Assembly: GCF_026210795.1 (NCBI RefSeq)
Contig: NC_089431.1
Coordinates: 1,488,001-1,552,000 of the forward strand
Source: Rhizophagus irregularis
Taxonomy: Eukaryota
DNA: 64,000 nucleotides
Direction of reading: 5' to 3'
Shown here: piece after piece, positions 12,867 through 27,200 of the stretch
Layout: every line of letters starts with the position of its first letter
Numbering within the stretch: position 1 is the first letter of the stretch
Program-made: the position numbers and the translations under genes
Notes under the pieces: model-generated
What the model was told of the DNA's origin: nothing
Database searches by the model: none
The model's input: the letters and a program-made list of their open reading frames with translations, nothing else

Positions 12867-13335
12867 TTTTGTTTTTCTTTTCTTATTTTCGTAGTTTCTT
12901 GTACATAATTCTTCATGCCTTTTCTTCTCTTCGATTAATATGAACTATAAAAGTTGATATCTATATTATTGATATTCTGAATACGTAATAGTAATTGAAT
13001 AGAGCCTTCCGAAAAATTTTTTACGTATAGCATACATATAAGTCTATGTGTTTATAATTATTGTTTAGTATTTAGATATTAATTATATTAACTATATTAT
13101 TATATTGTATAAATAAAGTTTGGGTCTTTTTGGTAGCATTTTATTTAAATATAATCTCTATCATTAACTATATCGAAAATGTCTAGTATCTAAATTAAGA
13201 TTAATAAATCAAACGTCATATTATTACTATCTATCAAACATTTGATATATATATTTTTATTACTTTTTTTAAAAAAGAATTGGTTCACAGCAATTAATCT
13301 TTTTTGAAAATTATTTTGTATAAAGCGTCAATTAG

Positions 13336-15028
13336 TTAATTGAGCACAATTTTATCGTCTTTTTTCCTAAAAGAAATATTATATAAACAATCTAAAATTT
13401 GTTTTTTCTGGGCAACTTTAAGAACACCAAAATCATCAAATGGTACATCACTGGGCCATCCTATAACTTCTATTTCACCTTGATGATCTTTCCATTTTTT
13501 GTAAGGAATTATTAAACCTTCTGTGCCGAGAGCGCTATCTATTAAATAAATTTTTTTAGTAAATTTTACTAAAGAAAAACTTTTTAATCATCAAAAAAGA
13601 ACATACTATAACGAGCACGTAAAATAGCTCTAACTCTTGCTTTAACATCAGCAGAATTAATGTTTCTATGCGTACTACTAACAACAATTGGACTGTGAGA
13701 CAAATCATTATATTTTGAAGTAGAATTTGGTGTGGTAGAAAGTTCCCTCTTAATTCTTTTAGCTGGCGGTGTAACTATTTGCCCAGTTTGTTCTATAATA
13801 AATAGGCAATTTTAGTAAAAAAATTGTGTTTCTAGTAGAAAATAAAAAATCTTACCAAGATAACGATTTTTTGAAAAAATTTCAAATTTATCTAATAAAG
13901 GATACATTTCAGGACTGGCACTAAAGAACGCTTCACCACTATTCGTGCCAATAAAAGTTGAAGAAAATGAATCATTACTTCTGCTAGGTACAATAAGCAT
14001 TGCTACTTCTAATCCACATTTTTTTTCCATACAGCAAATCTAAAATAAATAAAATTGGTTTTAATTTCTTTAAAGAACACAAGAGATTATAAATATATAA
14101 ACTTACCGTATTTTTTATGTTATTAATGTCAGATTGTGCTTGTGCATGACGTTTCCTTGAATTTTCAATATAATCAAATTGAACTTCTTTCATTTCTTCC
14201 AATGAAGTCTTTTCCTCGTATTTTTGTTTGTCGGGTTCTGAAAGAGATTTCCAAGCAATTGCACAAGCTTTATTAGATTCAGTTCCGAAAGAAGAATTAA
14301 ACTCTTCCTTATGATTTGACCCCCAATCTGTAGCTTGGATAACATTATATCCAGACTTTTTTTGTTTAACAGTTTCATGATGATCTTTCACATATTTCTA
14401 AATAAATGGTAAAACTTCACTTCATTGATGAAATAATGTGGAATATATATATTTAAGCATTCATTAAATACCTGAATCCATGAAACATCTATATTAAGAT
14501 CCTGTGCGATCTGCTTTATAGCCAAATCATGTCGATAAAATTCTTCTTCAAGCTTACGAATCGCTTCCTCTGTGAGTTGAGCGGGTTTGTTAGGGACTAT
14601 TTTGCCCAATTAAGATAAATTTAGTCGACACAACCATAAGATCAAAATTAATAAATCATCATCTAACCTTTCTTGTCATTTTTCTCTCCTATTTCAGAAT
14701 CTTCTCCGTAATCAATATTTATAGTATTAACTGAAATCATGTCATTGTCAACTTCACGTACATCTAAACCTTGTACACCGGCGTTATCAATGTTTTGAGT
14801 AATTTCTACTGAATTATTATTGTTACTATCCATTAATGCTGCCTGAATAGATTGTTCCATTTCAGTCCATTGATCTTTTTGATTTATTGTAATGGATTCC
14901 CGAGAATCGGAATCTATTAACATTGCTTCTTCATGATTTATTATGGATTCTTGATGATTAATTTGTTCAAACTCATTAGGTAATTCTGAATTTCGTACAA
15001 CCTTATGTTTTTGTTTTCTTTTATCCAT
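13336..15028 (-). CDS. Uncharacterised protein with an HTH/homeodomain-like segment, an HMG-box-like segment and a C-terminal IPYxxW..EVIGWP domain
   Basis: Six exons joined in frame by GT-AG introns; LTEEAIRKLEEEF..IKQIAQDLNID; KKSGYNVIQ...AWKSLSEPDKQKYEE; last exon IIPYKKWKDHQGEIEVIGWPSDVPF...VLN*. Confidence 0.7.
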
Positions 15029-15794
15029 TGCTCAAGTCTTCAAGTGGAATTAATGTATTATCAGTAAATATAATTAAAATCTACGGACAAACCATGGAAT
15101 ATTATTTACAAAATTTTTTTTTTACTTACACTGAAGTCAAAATACGAAAAGTCGCGCTAAAAAATAGTTTTATCACTGCAAAGTCATTATATACTTTATA
15201 TACTAAACAAAAAAAAAAATTATATAATTACTATTACCTTTTACAAAAAAAGAATAAAAAGAAGCGACCAGTTATAGTTCAATAAAGATGTCAACCTTCA
15301 ACTAGGCAATAAAATATTTCTTATTTTTATAATTATCGGATATTTAGAATTTGCGAAGTTTGAAAACTACCGCAGTAACTAAATTCTTTGCAACATGGGC
15401 GTGACATAAATTGTGTAGTTAAGGTCATAGTAAACTACACATGGGCTCTTTGACCATACTTATTTACCACATAGGATGTATAAACAATTTAAACTATGAT
15501 AATCTTTCGGCTCCCAATAATGCCGGCATAAACTTTTTCGGATTATTATCAAAAAAAGAAATTATTTTCGCGCGTTTTTATTTCGAAGGCTTGGCAAAAT
15601 AAATATAGCCCATACTAGCTAAAACTGGAAAAATTTTCGATCATGTAGATCATTACTCGGAAAACTTTCACCGGGAAAAAGGGTTAATTTTAGACCAATA
15701 ATTTTTTTACATACACTTCGCAGTGAATTATTTATATTACTAAATTGTGAAATTAGATTAGAATAGACTATAACTATAATTCAGTCTTTGGAAC

Positions 15795-17378
15795 ATGGCA
15801 CAATGTCTTTCAGCGGAATGTTTGCAACAAATTATTTCATATCTCGAAGGCGATAATAAGTCTTTACATTCATGTCTATTGGTAAATCGTTTCTGGTGTT
15901 ATAATACGGTCAGCACTTTATGGAGCCGCCCTTGGTGTTTTTATGAAATTACACAAACCTCAGCAACAAGTCTAATTCAAACTTATGTAGATTGTTTGTC
16001 AGAAGAAGCAAAAATTAATTTGTATAGTAATGGAATTATATGTAGAAATCATCTTAAATCAGCTCCTCTTATTTTTGATTATCCTTCATTTTTACGCTCT
16101 CTTGATTATGATTATATGTATTGGACAATCTCACAATGGCTTGTATCTTGTTGGCTTTATCGTGTCTTAAATTATGAGGAAGAAGTCAATGAATGCCAAA
16201 CAGATCGTATTGAAGATTGTATTATAAGATTCGCACCGGATGAAAGGTTCAATAATGACGAATACAATGAAATTGAAGAAGAGAATGAAAGAAAAACTAT
16301 TCTTGTAGCGAGGGAATTATGTAATCTCTTTAAGAATCGATGCAGAACTTTTCATGATCTTCATCTAGAGAATAAGGCCATTCAAAGTAATGAATTTTTA
16401 TTCTTGCCATCATCCACAGATCCCTGTAATTATTTGACAAATCTACGGCAGCTTGTCTGTTTAGGTGACAATAAATCTGAACTTTTACTTGCCATATCAG
16501 AAGTCTGTAAAAATTTGCGTAAAGTTTCCATAGGATTTCCGTTAGCGCTTCAATGGAAATCTCATTATGAATCTGATGCAATGAGCTTGGGTACTCTTAT
16601 TGAAAAACAAACGCGTTTAGAAAGTGTGTGTTTGTACGGATACAAACGTTTAATCTCTTACTTAATAGGGTCTCTTTTGTCTCAGTCAATGTCTTTAAAT
16701 ATTTTGGAATTAATGTATACAGATTTTAGAGAAGCACAAGATTACCAGAGCCTAGCATTATTACCTTCTTGTAAAAACTTAAAATCTTTAAAAATTCACA
16801 ATTGTTTTATTCCTCCTGATGAAAGAATAATGCCATTAACTTCTTTACAACAATTGGAGGAATTTGATTTTTGTAATGAATGGAATCCATTATATCCGTT
16901 AATACAACAAAAATTTTGGGACGAATTATTTCTAAATAATGCGAATACCTTGAGAAAATTGTCATTGTGGTGGGTTAGATCTGACTCAAAGGATGGTGCG
17001 AAAATTATTGAATCAATTACAAAACGATGTTCGAAGAACATTTCAATTCTTCACTTACCTATATTATTTACACATGAAATATTAACGTTATTTGATCATT
17101 GTAGACAACTTAAAGAATTTTCTTTCAGTGGGGATGACTTGGATGCAAATGAATTTTTATCACAGTTGGGTGCATTTACACCTACTACTTTACGTTCTTT
17201 AACCATTAAAGATGGTCATAGTGGTGGTTGGAACTTTACTGAAAAATCGCTATATTCTTTTCTTTCTAGTTGTCAGGCTAAATTACAAATTATGGACTTA
17301 ACTTCTTGTTCGTGTATGACTGATAGACACTATGATGTTATCAGTAGGCGCGGAATTATTAATTGTTTACATAAATAA
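15795..17378 (+). CDS. F-box / RNI-like leucine-rich-repeat protein
   Basis: Intronless 527 aa ORF; LSAECLQQIISYL..SLHSCLLVNRFWC...LWSRP F-box, FDYPSFLRSL motif, LxxLxL repeats. Confidence 0.85.
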   Translation: MAQCLSAECLQQIISYLEGDNKSLHSCLLVNRFWCYNTVSTLWSRPWCFYEITQTSATSLIQTYVDCLSEEAKINLYSNGIICRNHLKSAPLIFDYPSFLRSLDYDYMYWTISQWLVSCWLYRVLNYEEEVNECQTDRIEDCIIRFAPDERFNNDEYNEIEEENERKTILVARELCNLFKNRCRTFHDLHLENKAIQSNEFLFLPSSTDPCNYLTNLRQLVCLGDNKSELLLAISEVCKNLRKVSIGFPLALQWKSHYESDAMSLGTLIEKQTRLESVCLYGYKRLISYLIGSLLSQSMSLNILELMYTDFREAQDYQSLALLPSCKNLKSLKIHNCFIPPDERIMPLTSLQQLEEFDFCNEWNPLYPLIQQKFWDELFLNNANTLRKLSLWWVRSDSKDGAKIIESITKRCSKNISILHLPILFTHEILTLFDHCRQLKEFSFSGDDLDANEFLSQLGAFTPTTLRSLTIKDGHSGGWNFTEKSLYSFLSSCQAKLQIMDLTSCSCMTDRHYDVISRRGIINCLHK

Positions 17379-17774
17379 TGTGATTTATATTTATTTTATC
17401 AAAATATAACTTAAATATCTCATGTAAATATGTACCTCAGAGTCTCAAATGATAATTGCATTTTTTTTAAAGTGAGTTTCATAATATGAATCTGAAATTA
17501 TATTTAACTTTCTATTGGATGGATAACCTACACCATCCTATCCACTTTGTTCACTCTTACAAACGGTATTGACATTATCAAATGATACTGCTATAATTAT
17601 ATTCTAAATAGTTTTGCAGAATTACTTGAACCCGAGTTACAATTAGTATCAAAGTTCACACAACGCTAATTAAAATGATGCCAATCAAATTCTATAGGCC
17701 AATCAAATCGCTGATTACATAAATTCAAATTGCAGATTAAAATTTACATAAAATTTTTTAGTTTTTTTCCGATA

Positions 17775-19764
17775 ATGACATTAAATAATAAAACCAATAT
17801 TTCTTTAGAATCGGAAAAATTTATCAATGTCATTGAATCACAAAAGACATCAAAGAATCCCTCAAAAACATTTGAAGAATTAGGGTTAAATCCATGGTTA
17901 ATTGATGCATTAAAAGCAATGTCAATAAAATTTCCTTCAGAGATACAAAAAGTTTGTATACCACAGATATTGAACGGGAAAGATTGTATAGGAGGAGCAA
18001 AAACAGGTTCAGGAAAAACTGCTGCATTCGCCTTACCAATTTTACAAAAATTGTCGGAAGATCCATTTGGTGTTTTTGCTCTTGTTTTAACTCCAACAAG
18101 GTGTGTAATGATTAATTGAAAAATGAATGTTTGTGTCAGATCACTTTATAATATTATTTAATTATAGAGAATTGGCTTTTCAAATCGCCGATCAATTTCG
18201 AGTACTTGGAAAAAGTATAAATCTTAAAGAGTGTGTCGTAGTTGGAGGACTTGATATGATGAGCCAATCATTACAATTATCCAGGAAACCTCATGTAGTT
18301 ATAGCAACACCTGGTCGACTTGTAGATCATATCAATAGTAGCGCAATTGCACCTTGTTTAAGCAGAATAAGATTTTTGGTAAATTTTCAAACATTGATTG
18401 TTATGTAAGAGGATTGTTTGATTGAAATTTAATTTTGTGATTCATTCCTATTGGTAAAGGTTCTTGATGAGGCAGATCGTTTATTATCTGATACATTTGC
18501 TGAAGATCTTGCAGTTATATTTGATACTATACCAAAAAAACGGCAAACATTGTTATTTACAGCGACAATGACAGAAAATATCTTGCAATTACAAGATGCG
18601 CAAGAAGAAGACCCTAACAGAAAACCCTTTATTTATCAAGTTAAATCAGAGTAAGTTTGTAATTTGTCTTGAATTCTTAAGTATTAATGTTTATTTTTAT
18701 TCTTTATCTTTAATTTAGTATATCGACAGTATCAACGTTGTCGCAATTTTATGTTTTCATCCCGTCACACATACGTGAGCCATATTTAACTCATCTTCTA
18801 AGATCAGAAGAGCTTTCAAATAAATCTACCATAATATTTTGTGGTAGATGTAGAACTGCTGAATTGCTACGTGTTATGCTTGTAGAGTTGGACATTCGTT
18901 GTACAAGTTTACATTCTATGATGAGTCAAAAAGAAAGATTAAACAGTTTGGGTAAATTCAAAGCAGAAATAGTGAGGGTGTTGATTGCTACTGATGTTGG
19001 CAGTCGGTAAGTCTTATTATACGAATTACATGATTTCAACCATGATATATATTTTGATTATTTGTTCTTTTTATAATTTGTAGTGGTCTTGATATTCCGA
19101 CAGTGCAATTAGTTGTTAATTTTGATATACCACGTGATCCCACAGATTACATTCATCGAGTCGGTCGTACTGCAAGAGCCGGTATGAATAATACCCTAGT
19201 ATTAATGATTTGATTTTTTTTATCCAAGTATAATAGTATAATTCGTATAAACCATTAATTTTTTTATTTTTAATATCTTATAGGTAGAGGTGGTATAGCT
19301 TTATCAATTGTAACTGAACGCGACATTGAACTTGTACAAAATATTGAAACAAGAATAAGTGAGCATAAATTTATATATGAATATTTTTATATATTTATAT
19401 TTTATATATTTATATATTTTTTATTTTTTTTATTTTGTAGATAAAAAAATGGAAGAATGGAAAATTAATGAAAATAAAGTTTTAGAAAGTTTAAATGAAA
19501 TTGCTACCGCAAAAAGAGTTGCAACGATGGTAATTTTCTGATTCACATCCATTATTATATAATATTCTTACACTTTGATTAATTAATTATATATTCTCAA
19601 TTTATATTTATTAGCATTTACATGATACCAACTTTGGAGCTTCAAAAGAAATCCAAAAAAAGAAACATAGTCTTTTAGAAACAAAAAGTACGAGAAATGT
19701 TATTTCAAAGAAAAGGTTTAAAAAAAATGAAAAAGGAAAAGATAAAATTAAAAAAATTCTCTAA
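17775..19764 (+). CDS. DBP8: DEAD-box RNA helicase Dbp8/DDX49
   Basis: [68 protein letters not shown] across 8 exons. Confidence 0.93.
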
Positions 19765-20003
19765 AAAGATAATAATTAATTTCCTATCATATTATAATAT
19801 GAGGAAAAGTTAAAATTATACTTTCGTAAAATTACAATCAATATTAAAATGTGATTTCAACGCCTGCTGACCGAAAGCTATATTCGAAAAAAATAAGCAG
19901 ACCAAATATAATTCTAATATATAATAATAATAATAATAATCTAATAGCCAAAATAATTATATAAGAGTAAAGCGTTCGCTCGATAATAATATAAATACAA
20001 AAA

Positions 20004-20999
20004 TTACGATAAAATTATGATTAATAAAACTAATATTGAAATCAACAAAGCAATTATCCAAAAAGATCCTAAATAAATTAAATTAAAATTCATTAAAAAG
20101 AAAATTTTATATATATATATATATATAAATAATTTATTATAAAAAATTTACCCTTTTCCTTTGCTTTTTTTGATACTTTGGTAAGATTTCTTTTTGCTTT
20201 ATTTAATCTTCCTTCAGTTCTATCAACTATATCTTCCGTTTCCGCTAATAGCTCTACCTGATAATTCAATTCTTCACCAATCATTAATCCCAATTGTTGC
20301 TGACGACCTATTGCGGCGCTCAATCTATCTAAATCCTCGTCTTGATCTATATTTTTTAATAAATAATTAGGCTTAAAACTGAAAAGAAATAAAATCGCAA
20401 TTAACTTACTTTGTATCATTCGTTGTTGCAACTGAATAACTACAGCATTATCATAATCATCCGCTTGGTCAGAAAATCTTACAGTTTTTTTTGATTTCTT
20501 GGAAGAAGGTTCATCCATGTTATTAAGTCCAAGTAGTAGTTTCCTGAATATTTATTAAAATGATTAGATTTAAATCAAATATGTAATACATCTGTATACA
20601 CTATATCCACCTGGCAGAGGGCTTATCTTGCAATAAAGCTTCAAGTTTATCAATTTGTTTGGTTAATTTGATAAGAGTATCTTCTTTTTCCTTAAGTTCC
20701 TTTGAACTCCTAAATTAATTTTCAAATAATTTTATTAACGTAAATGCGAACAGACTATTTTGATTAAATAGGTATATTAGAGTATAAATGAAATTACATT
20801 GCACATACAGAGTCCCTGACTCCTCGGCAGCTGATAATTCCTCTTCCAATTCTTTAATACCAAACCGTAACTTCTCCATATTTTTATCAAGTGTTTCTTC
20901 ATGTGGGTACTCTATATCTTCAGCTCTACATCTATTTCTCTCGTAAATGCTAGCTAAAGTGTTGTCTGCCAAAATACTGAGTTTTGAGCTTTTCTCCAT
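20004..20999 (-). CDS. SYN8: Syntaxin-8-like Qc t-SNARE
   Basis: N-terminal helical domain, SNARE motif QDEDLDRLSAAIGRQQQLGLMIGEEL, C-terminal TM exon SFWIIALLISILVLLIIILS*. Confidence 0.85.
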
Positions 21000-21261
21000 T
21001 ATTAACGAGTAGATGTTTTAAATTTAATAATAATGTCTCCTAATAATTCTAAAATAATGTTTTAACCCTTATAAATACCACTACTTTAAAAGGTTACCGA
21101 GTAATTGTTTAAGGCTCTTCTGCTGTGTATCATATCACTAGGTAGCTAGCCAATTAAAGGTAAACGGAATTTATGGAACTCCAAATCTTGTAAATCATTC
21201 ATTTCATTTCCGAAAATATTGATTCATTGTTTAATTTTAAATTCTATATTTTGAAAAAAAG

Positions 21262-22598
21262 ATGGCGGCAAGTTTACATTCTGAAATAGAAAATGGTGGT
21301 ATCGGAACAATTGATGAAGCAATTAACGAAGAAATGAAAGCAATAAACCAAGAAATCGAGGCGGCTGAATTCGAAATTGGTATTTCTATTCATTTTTGAA
21401 ATTAAAAATGATGAGAATTATGAATGTTTTTCTATAAATTAATCATCTTTGATTTTTTTATGAAGCGAAACAACAAATTAAAGTATTTAAACCTATTTAC
21501 GAAAAAAGAAAAAAAGTTTTCAAGAAAATCCCGAAGTTTTGGTCACAAGTAGTAAGTATCATCACATATTTATTTAATTTGAAATATTTAAATAAATTAA
21601 TTCTTGCTATCTTTATTTATCTTGATGATAGCTTACGAAGCATATTTTTGTTGGTAAGTCATAATTATCTTTTTGATCAATTCTTTTTTCGTTATTAAAT
21701 TCGAACAATAATTTTTATATTTATTTCAGCGCAATATTTGGTTAACGACGATGATTCGGTATTTTTATATGGTCAATTTTAATGTTTGATATGTTACAGA
21801 GTTCAATTCTATAACTGATAATTTGTTCTCAGGTTGTTCAATATATTGACGACATAACTGTTGAAAAGGATGAAAATTCGTTAGAAAGTTTCAAAATTAT
21901 CTTGAGTTTTTCTGAGAATGAATATTTCAAAAATAAAGAACTTGTAAAGGTAAATGAATTTCGGTCGTTCCAGATTAGGCTGATATTATTATGTTATATC
22001 TACGTATTGATTTGTCTATTTCTTTAACTAGGAATTTATTGTTGACGCTGATGGGCAACGTAAGATAAAAAGCACGCCAATTGACTGGATCGAGGGCAGA
22101 GTACGTTAAGCTAAAAGTTCTTTTTTAAACGCATTTTTACCAAAATTTAACTTTTTTATTGCAATAAAGGATTATACAAAAAAACGTAAAGTTGATGAAG
22201 AAGAGGATGAAAGTTTTATTAAATGGTTTTCTGAAGAAAACACTGACGATAGTTCTTGGGAATTAGGAAGAAATTTCAGAGATGAAGTTTATCCTCAAGC
22301 CTGGATGTAAATATAAAATTTCTATTTTTAGTTCTTATTAATACCTTAGATTGATTTCCTGTCACTTTAAACATAGGATTTATGTGACAGATGTGACAGA
22401 AGATTATGATGAAGAAGACGAAGAAGAAGGTGTCAATCAAGATTTTGATGAAGAAGAGTCGGAAGAAGGTTTGGAAATATTTAATCCTCATTTTATTTAT
22501 TTATAATATTTATCCCATTTATTTACATTATTGTTTTTTTTTTATTTTCAATTATAGAAGAGTTGGAAGTGCCTAATAAGCGTGCAAAGCATAATTAA
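21262..22598 (+). CDS. NAP/SET-family histone chaperone (Vps75/SET-like)
   Basis: Not in the ORF track (many short exons). KPIYEKRKKVFKKIPKFWSQV, FSENEYFKNKELVKEF, STPIDW, ESFIKWF, acidic tail and terminal NKRAKHN*. Confidence 0.88.
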
Positions 22599-23406
22599 TA
22601 AGAAAAAGCAATTATTGTAACTAATTTTAAATTGTTGTTTACATATTTCACAATTCTGAAAATTTGAGATTATTTATTCAAGAAACAATTCTGAGAATTG
22701 AGATTATTTATTCAAAGAAAACAATTACTTAAAATTTCTTTTTACGCTATTTATTACTTTTGATATCCATGTCTTATTTAAATGTTAATTTATTTATTCT
22801 TGTATTTTAATGGCTAAACTTGTAACCAAGGTAATAATTTATAGGGTATTGAATTATCTTTCACTATTTAAATCTTTTATGTATTTTTTTAATAAAACTG
22901 AATATAATTTGTTTTTAGCTGTATAAAATGATAAAACCAAGTTCTGCTTTGTTACTCAATATAAAGCCGGAAGGAAAATTTCTATCATGTCTCTCTCTCT
23001 CTCCATATATGTATAATCTTATACACCTTTCTAATACTTGAATGGATAGTCTCAACATGCTCAGGACATGGAAAATTAACTCTAGTATGATACAATTTTT
23101 GAAATGTAATATCTAAAACCTATATTCAAATATAGAGAGGCAGAATAATAAGAATATTAATTCCCATTGTGTTTACTATTATTATTTTATATTAACAATT
23201 TTTAATACATATTAAAAAAGCTTTAGCAGTTAGTAAATTAATAAAAAAAACTAATAAAATTTTACATGATCAGTTAAATAACACTGAACAAACACATTTC
23301 CCACATGTAATACCAGTTTGACTTTTATTGGTCATGATCGTCGGTTTCGATGATTAGAAACTGATAACAATCCAATCTGTTATTCCAAATTGAAAACTTC
23401 GAAAGA

Positions 23407-26400
23407 ATGGACAATAATCTTGATGCACAACGTCAGGCAGTATTCCTTCAGGTTGGAGTTTCTTCAACTTATATCAGAAAAGTAATTCTATTTGCTGAAA
23501 AAAGAAATTTCTTTTAACATTTATGGGAAATGTTAGTTAAAACCTTTATGTGTATCCCTTATCCAAACCGGATCGGTATCAACTTCAAAAACTCATGACA
23601 TTATTCATACTATCAACAATTTGCTTAATACTCTTCATTCGATTCCCGATTCATCCAGGGTATTTGACTACAATTTGATCAAATATGTATACATTCCTTT
23701 ACTTCAGTTATATAATAACCCAGTTCTACAACAAAGTGATAGATTTGTCGAAGGTTTCCTTAATTGTATTCATTTCTTGCTAACAGCGAGTTGGCAAAAA
23801 TATATGGTTTCTGACCAATTCAAACAGCTCCTAATTTTGTTTGTTAGTATAATTGGTAGATCACCATCTATTGATTCGAAAGTGGATAAACAGCCATTTA
23901 CTTTATCTGAAGAAACAAAATTTGCAGGGGTTAAATGTATATTGGCGTTACTACCTAGACACACTGAATTACCCGGAGACGTAGACGAAAGGGATCAGTT
24001 CCAAATAGAGATCCGTCGTGAGTTAATTTTGCAAGAATTAATGGATATAAAACTCAGGGCACTCCTTGCTCGATGTGTTTATGTCCTGTTAGAAATTATT
24101 TCCAATGAAAAATTGTTACAATTAAGGCTAACTTCTCTTGAGACTTTACAATCCTTAGTCAATAATATAGAAGATTCAGGAATTATTGCAGCTTTCTTGC
24201 CTGGAATGGTTAGCACATTAAGTAAAACTTTGGTTCGAGATCAGAAAGAGAATCATATGTTATTAACAAAAATTGTTGAAACTTTATCTGAAGTCATAGC
24301 TAGTGCCATGAAGGATGAAGATAAAGTAAACGAGAGTTTGTTGACTAAAATAGATTCGCTGAGTGATCTAAAAAATTTAATCCCCGGTACTGATCAAACA
24401 AGTTCACATAATTTAATTTCTAATGTAACATCGACTCAATCATCTCAGCAACAGTCAATATTCGCATCAATTTGTGTTGAAAGGACAAGGTCATGGCTTA
24501 AAGCGACCAAATTGCAAATCAAAATATTAATTAGTCAAATTTTCACAATACGTAATCATTCCGCATGGCAGCTTAGATTAGCGTTTGTGAAATTTTCTTA
24601 TAAGCTTCTTTCTTGTAGTGCAAAATGTTTAGATAATTGTGTTCCTATATTAATCGAAACCCTTGTATTTTATTTGAATGATGATTATGAACAAGTATCA
24701 ATTCCATGTCGACAAAATTTGAATATGTTACGTTTGCACTCTCAATTTAAAAATTTTACACCAATTCTAAAAGAAAATTTCGATACTTGGCTTACATCAT
24801 TACCAAGATATTTAGTTGGATTGGACGAGAACGCAAAATTTAATGCATTATCATTAATAGCAGGTTTTACTTCTCTATTGGGATCAGATATACAGACGGT
24901 TTTAAATTTTTCATTACAAAGAGTATCGGATGGGTTGCTCAGTGCGTTAGAGTTTGATACTAGTGATGTTCAAGTTGTGGAAAATCGATTAATTATTGGG
25001 CAATATGATTCAATTGAAGATGAACATACTATTTCTTCCGATTTTGATTCTAAATGTATTGTTCCATCTTTTTCTCAACCACAATATAAACATATTCGAG
25101 AACAACGTGTCAGAACATGTATATCACTGGTTCTTCGGCTGTTTGGATATTTTAGTAACTTATCATTTTTAATCGATCATTTTCTTGCTTATTTTAGAGA
25201 TAAAGAGTTTAAAAGATTTTATGCTCAGTGTATATTTGTTATTAAGGAAATCTTGCTTGGAGCAGCTGGAATTGATATAGGCAAAACCTCAAGTTTTGAA
25301 TATTCAAAAATAGTTATGAAACCAGCAAATGCATTGCAAGATGTAAAAAGAATAGCAAGATCAATTTTAAGAGAATATATTGAGTCCGATGTGATACGTG
25401 GCCTCATTAATATCGATCCAGCCACAAAAGCAGTATTCGATAGCAATAGAAGCAAATCTGTTGAAAGAAAAATTCTAGCTACATCTAATGTGAGTATAGA
25501 ATCTCAAAATCTTATTGTTTTAGTTAATTGTTTCATTCTCGAAGGAATAGCGGCAATATCTCGTATTTTAGGGATGGAGTTTAGAGTGGAACTAATGGAT
25601 GCTCTCTATCCTATATTAGAAAAAGTTGGAGAAAACAATATGTTAATACATGAAACAGCTGATATCACTTTGACTCATGTTTCTATATGGTGTGGATACT
25701 CATCAAAGAAAGCCTTAGTATTGGAAAATGTTGATTATCTTGTTAACGTTGTTTCTCAGAAACTTAACCAAGTTATCGTAAATCCTCAAACTCCTCAAGT
25801 TCTTACTGCTATGATACATGTGGTTGGGCCGCCTGTGTTGCCATTTATTGATGATTCAATAGAAGAAATTTTTGATGCCCTAGATTCATATCATATGAAA
25901 CCTTATTTGTTGAATCAATTAGTAAATGTATTATTTGCTGTAATTATTACTATTTCCGAATCCGTAAAGAAAGAAATGGAAGAAGAACAGGAAGAAGTTA
26001 ATTGCAATTATAATCCACTTGAAAATGAAATTGAGATATCTAAAGAAATTGCAGAGTTCGTCAGTCAGTATAAAACAGAGAATGAACGTGAAACTAAGAC
26101 GTCAAGATCAAATGCAACACTTGAGGAAATTGGACAATATTTTCTGGAACATCGAGAGTCGAAAAAGAAATTGGAAGAAACCGAATATAATGAATTAGAA
26201 GATCACGATGATAATATTAAAGGGGAACATGACTCAACTAGCGCTTCTCATAATAATGAAGAGGATTTAGATAAAAAATCAAATCCAACAAAATCACAAT
26301 TGATTTGTCTCAAGATTATTGATAAATTACTTCATTTCCTTACGGCATCATCACCACAATTACGTTCATTAGTATTAGATGTTATTAGGATTTCACTTCC

Positions 26401-27028
26401 AGTATTAAAATCTATCCCAAAAGAGCTTTATCCTTTAGTACATAGAATATGGCCTTCAGTTCTTAATAGATTAAAGGATCAAGAACCATATGTCGTTCTT
26501 AGCGCAGTAAGGCTTATTCAAGGAATTTCAATTTCAAGTGGAGATTTTTTTACAAGTCGAGTAGTTCAAGACGTATGGCCGTCATTCCAACAATTATTAC
26601 GTCAGCAATCTGTGAAAGACGAAGACTATTCAGGGATAGCAACAACAAAATATTCCAGATCTCACAAGCTGAAAAAGTCAATACTAGAAACAATGAAAAT
26701 TGTTATTAGTGAAGAGGTGTTATCTAATCAGATCCTATTTCAGATCATGGACAACATGTGGCAATTTTTGAGTGAAGAAGTCCATGAAGAGCTTCAAAAT
26801 TCAGCAATTGAATTATTTAAGGAGTTAGCTAAAAGAAATGCCGATGCCACTTGGTTGATACTTAGGGGGTTAGTTAAAGAGTACAGTGTCATTACATATA
26901 ATAAGATTGGGGATGAAGAAGTGGAATTAAGAGATATTATATGGCCAAAATATTTATGTAGATTTTCAAAAGAGAAAAATCAATATGTAAAGAATGTTAA
27001 ATTAATTTTAAATGCAAATTTATTTTAA
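23407..27028 (+). CDS. TTI1: TEL2-interacting protein 1 (TTT complex HEAT-repeat subunit)
   Basis: MDNNLDAQRQAVFLQ|LKPLCVSL start; FLPGMVSTLSK, ENVDYLVN, LYPLVHRIWPSVLNRL, GDFFTSRV motifs in a >1100 aa HEAT-type protein. Confidence 0.9.
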
Positions 27029-27200
27029 TAAAGGCGCAGTAAAAAATGCAATGTTTTAATTGGATTTCTAGTCACGTGACTTTGATTTGTCTAGATTTCT
27101 GGCACTTGTATCACCTGAGCTCGTATCACAATTTATAATAAAATTTGAAGTTTTTAAAAAAAAACCAAAATAAACCCACCCCTAACTTAAACATTTAAAA

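Noticed and set aside
13896..13906. GTATCCTTT on the minus strand, a perfect U12-type 5' splice site
   Set aside because: It lies inside an open exon (EMYPLL) that ends at a normal GTAAGA donor; every intron I traced in the window was a U2-type GT-AG intron
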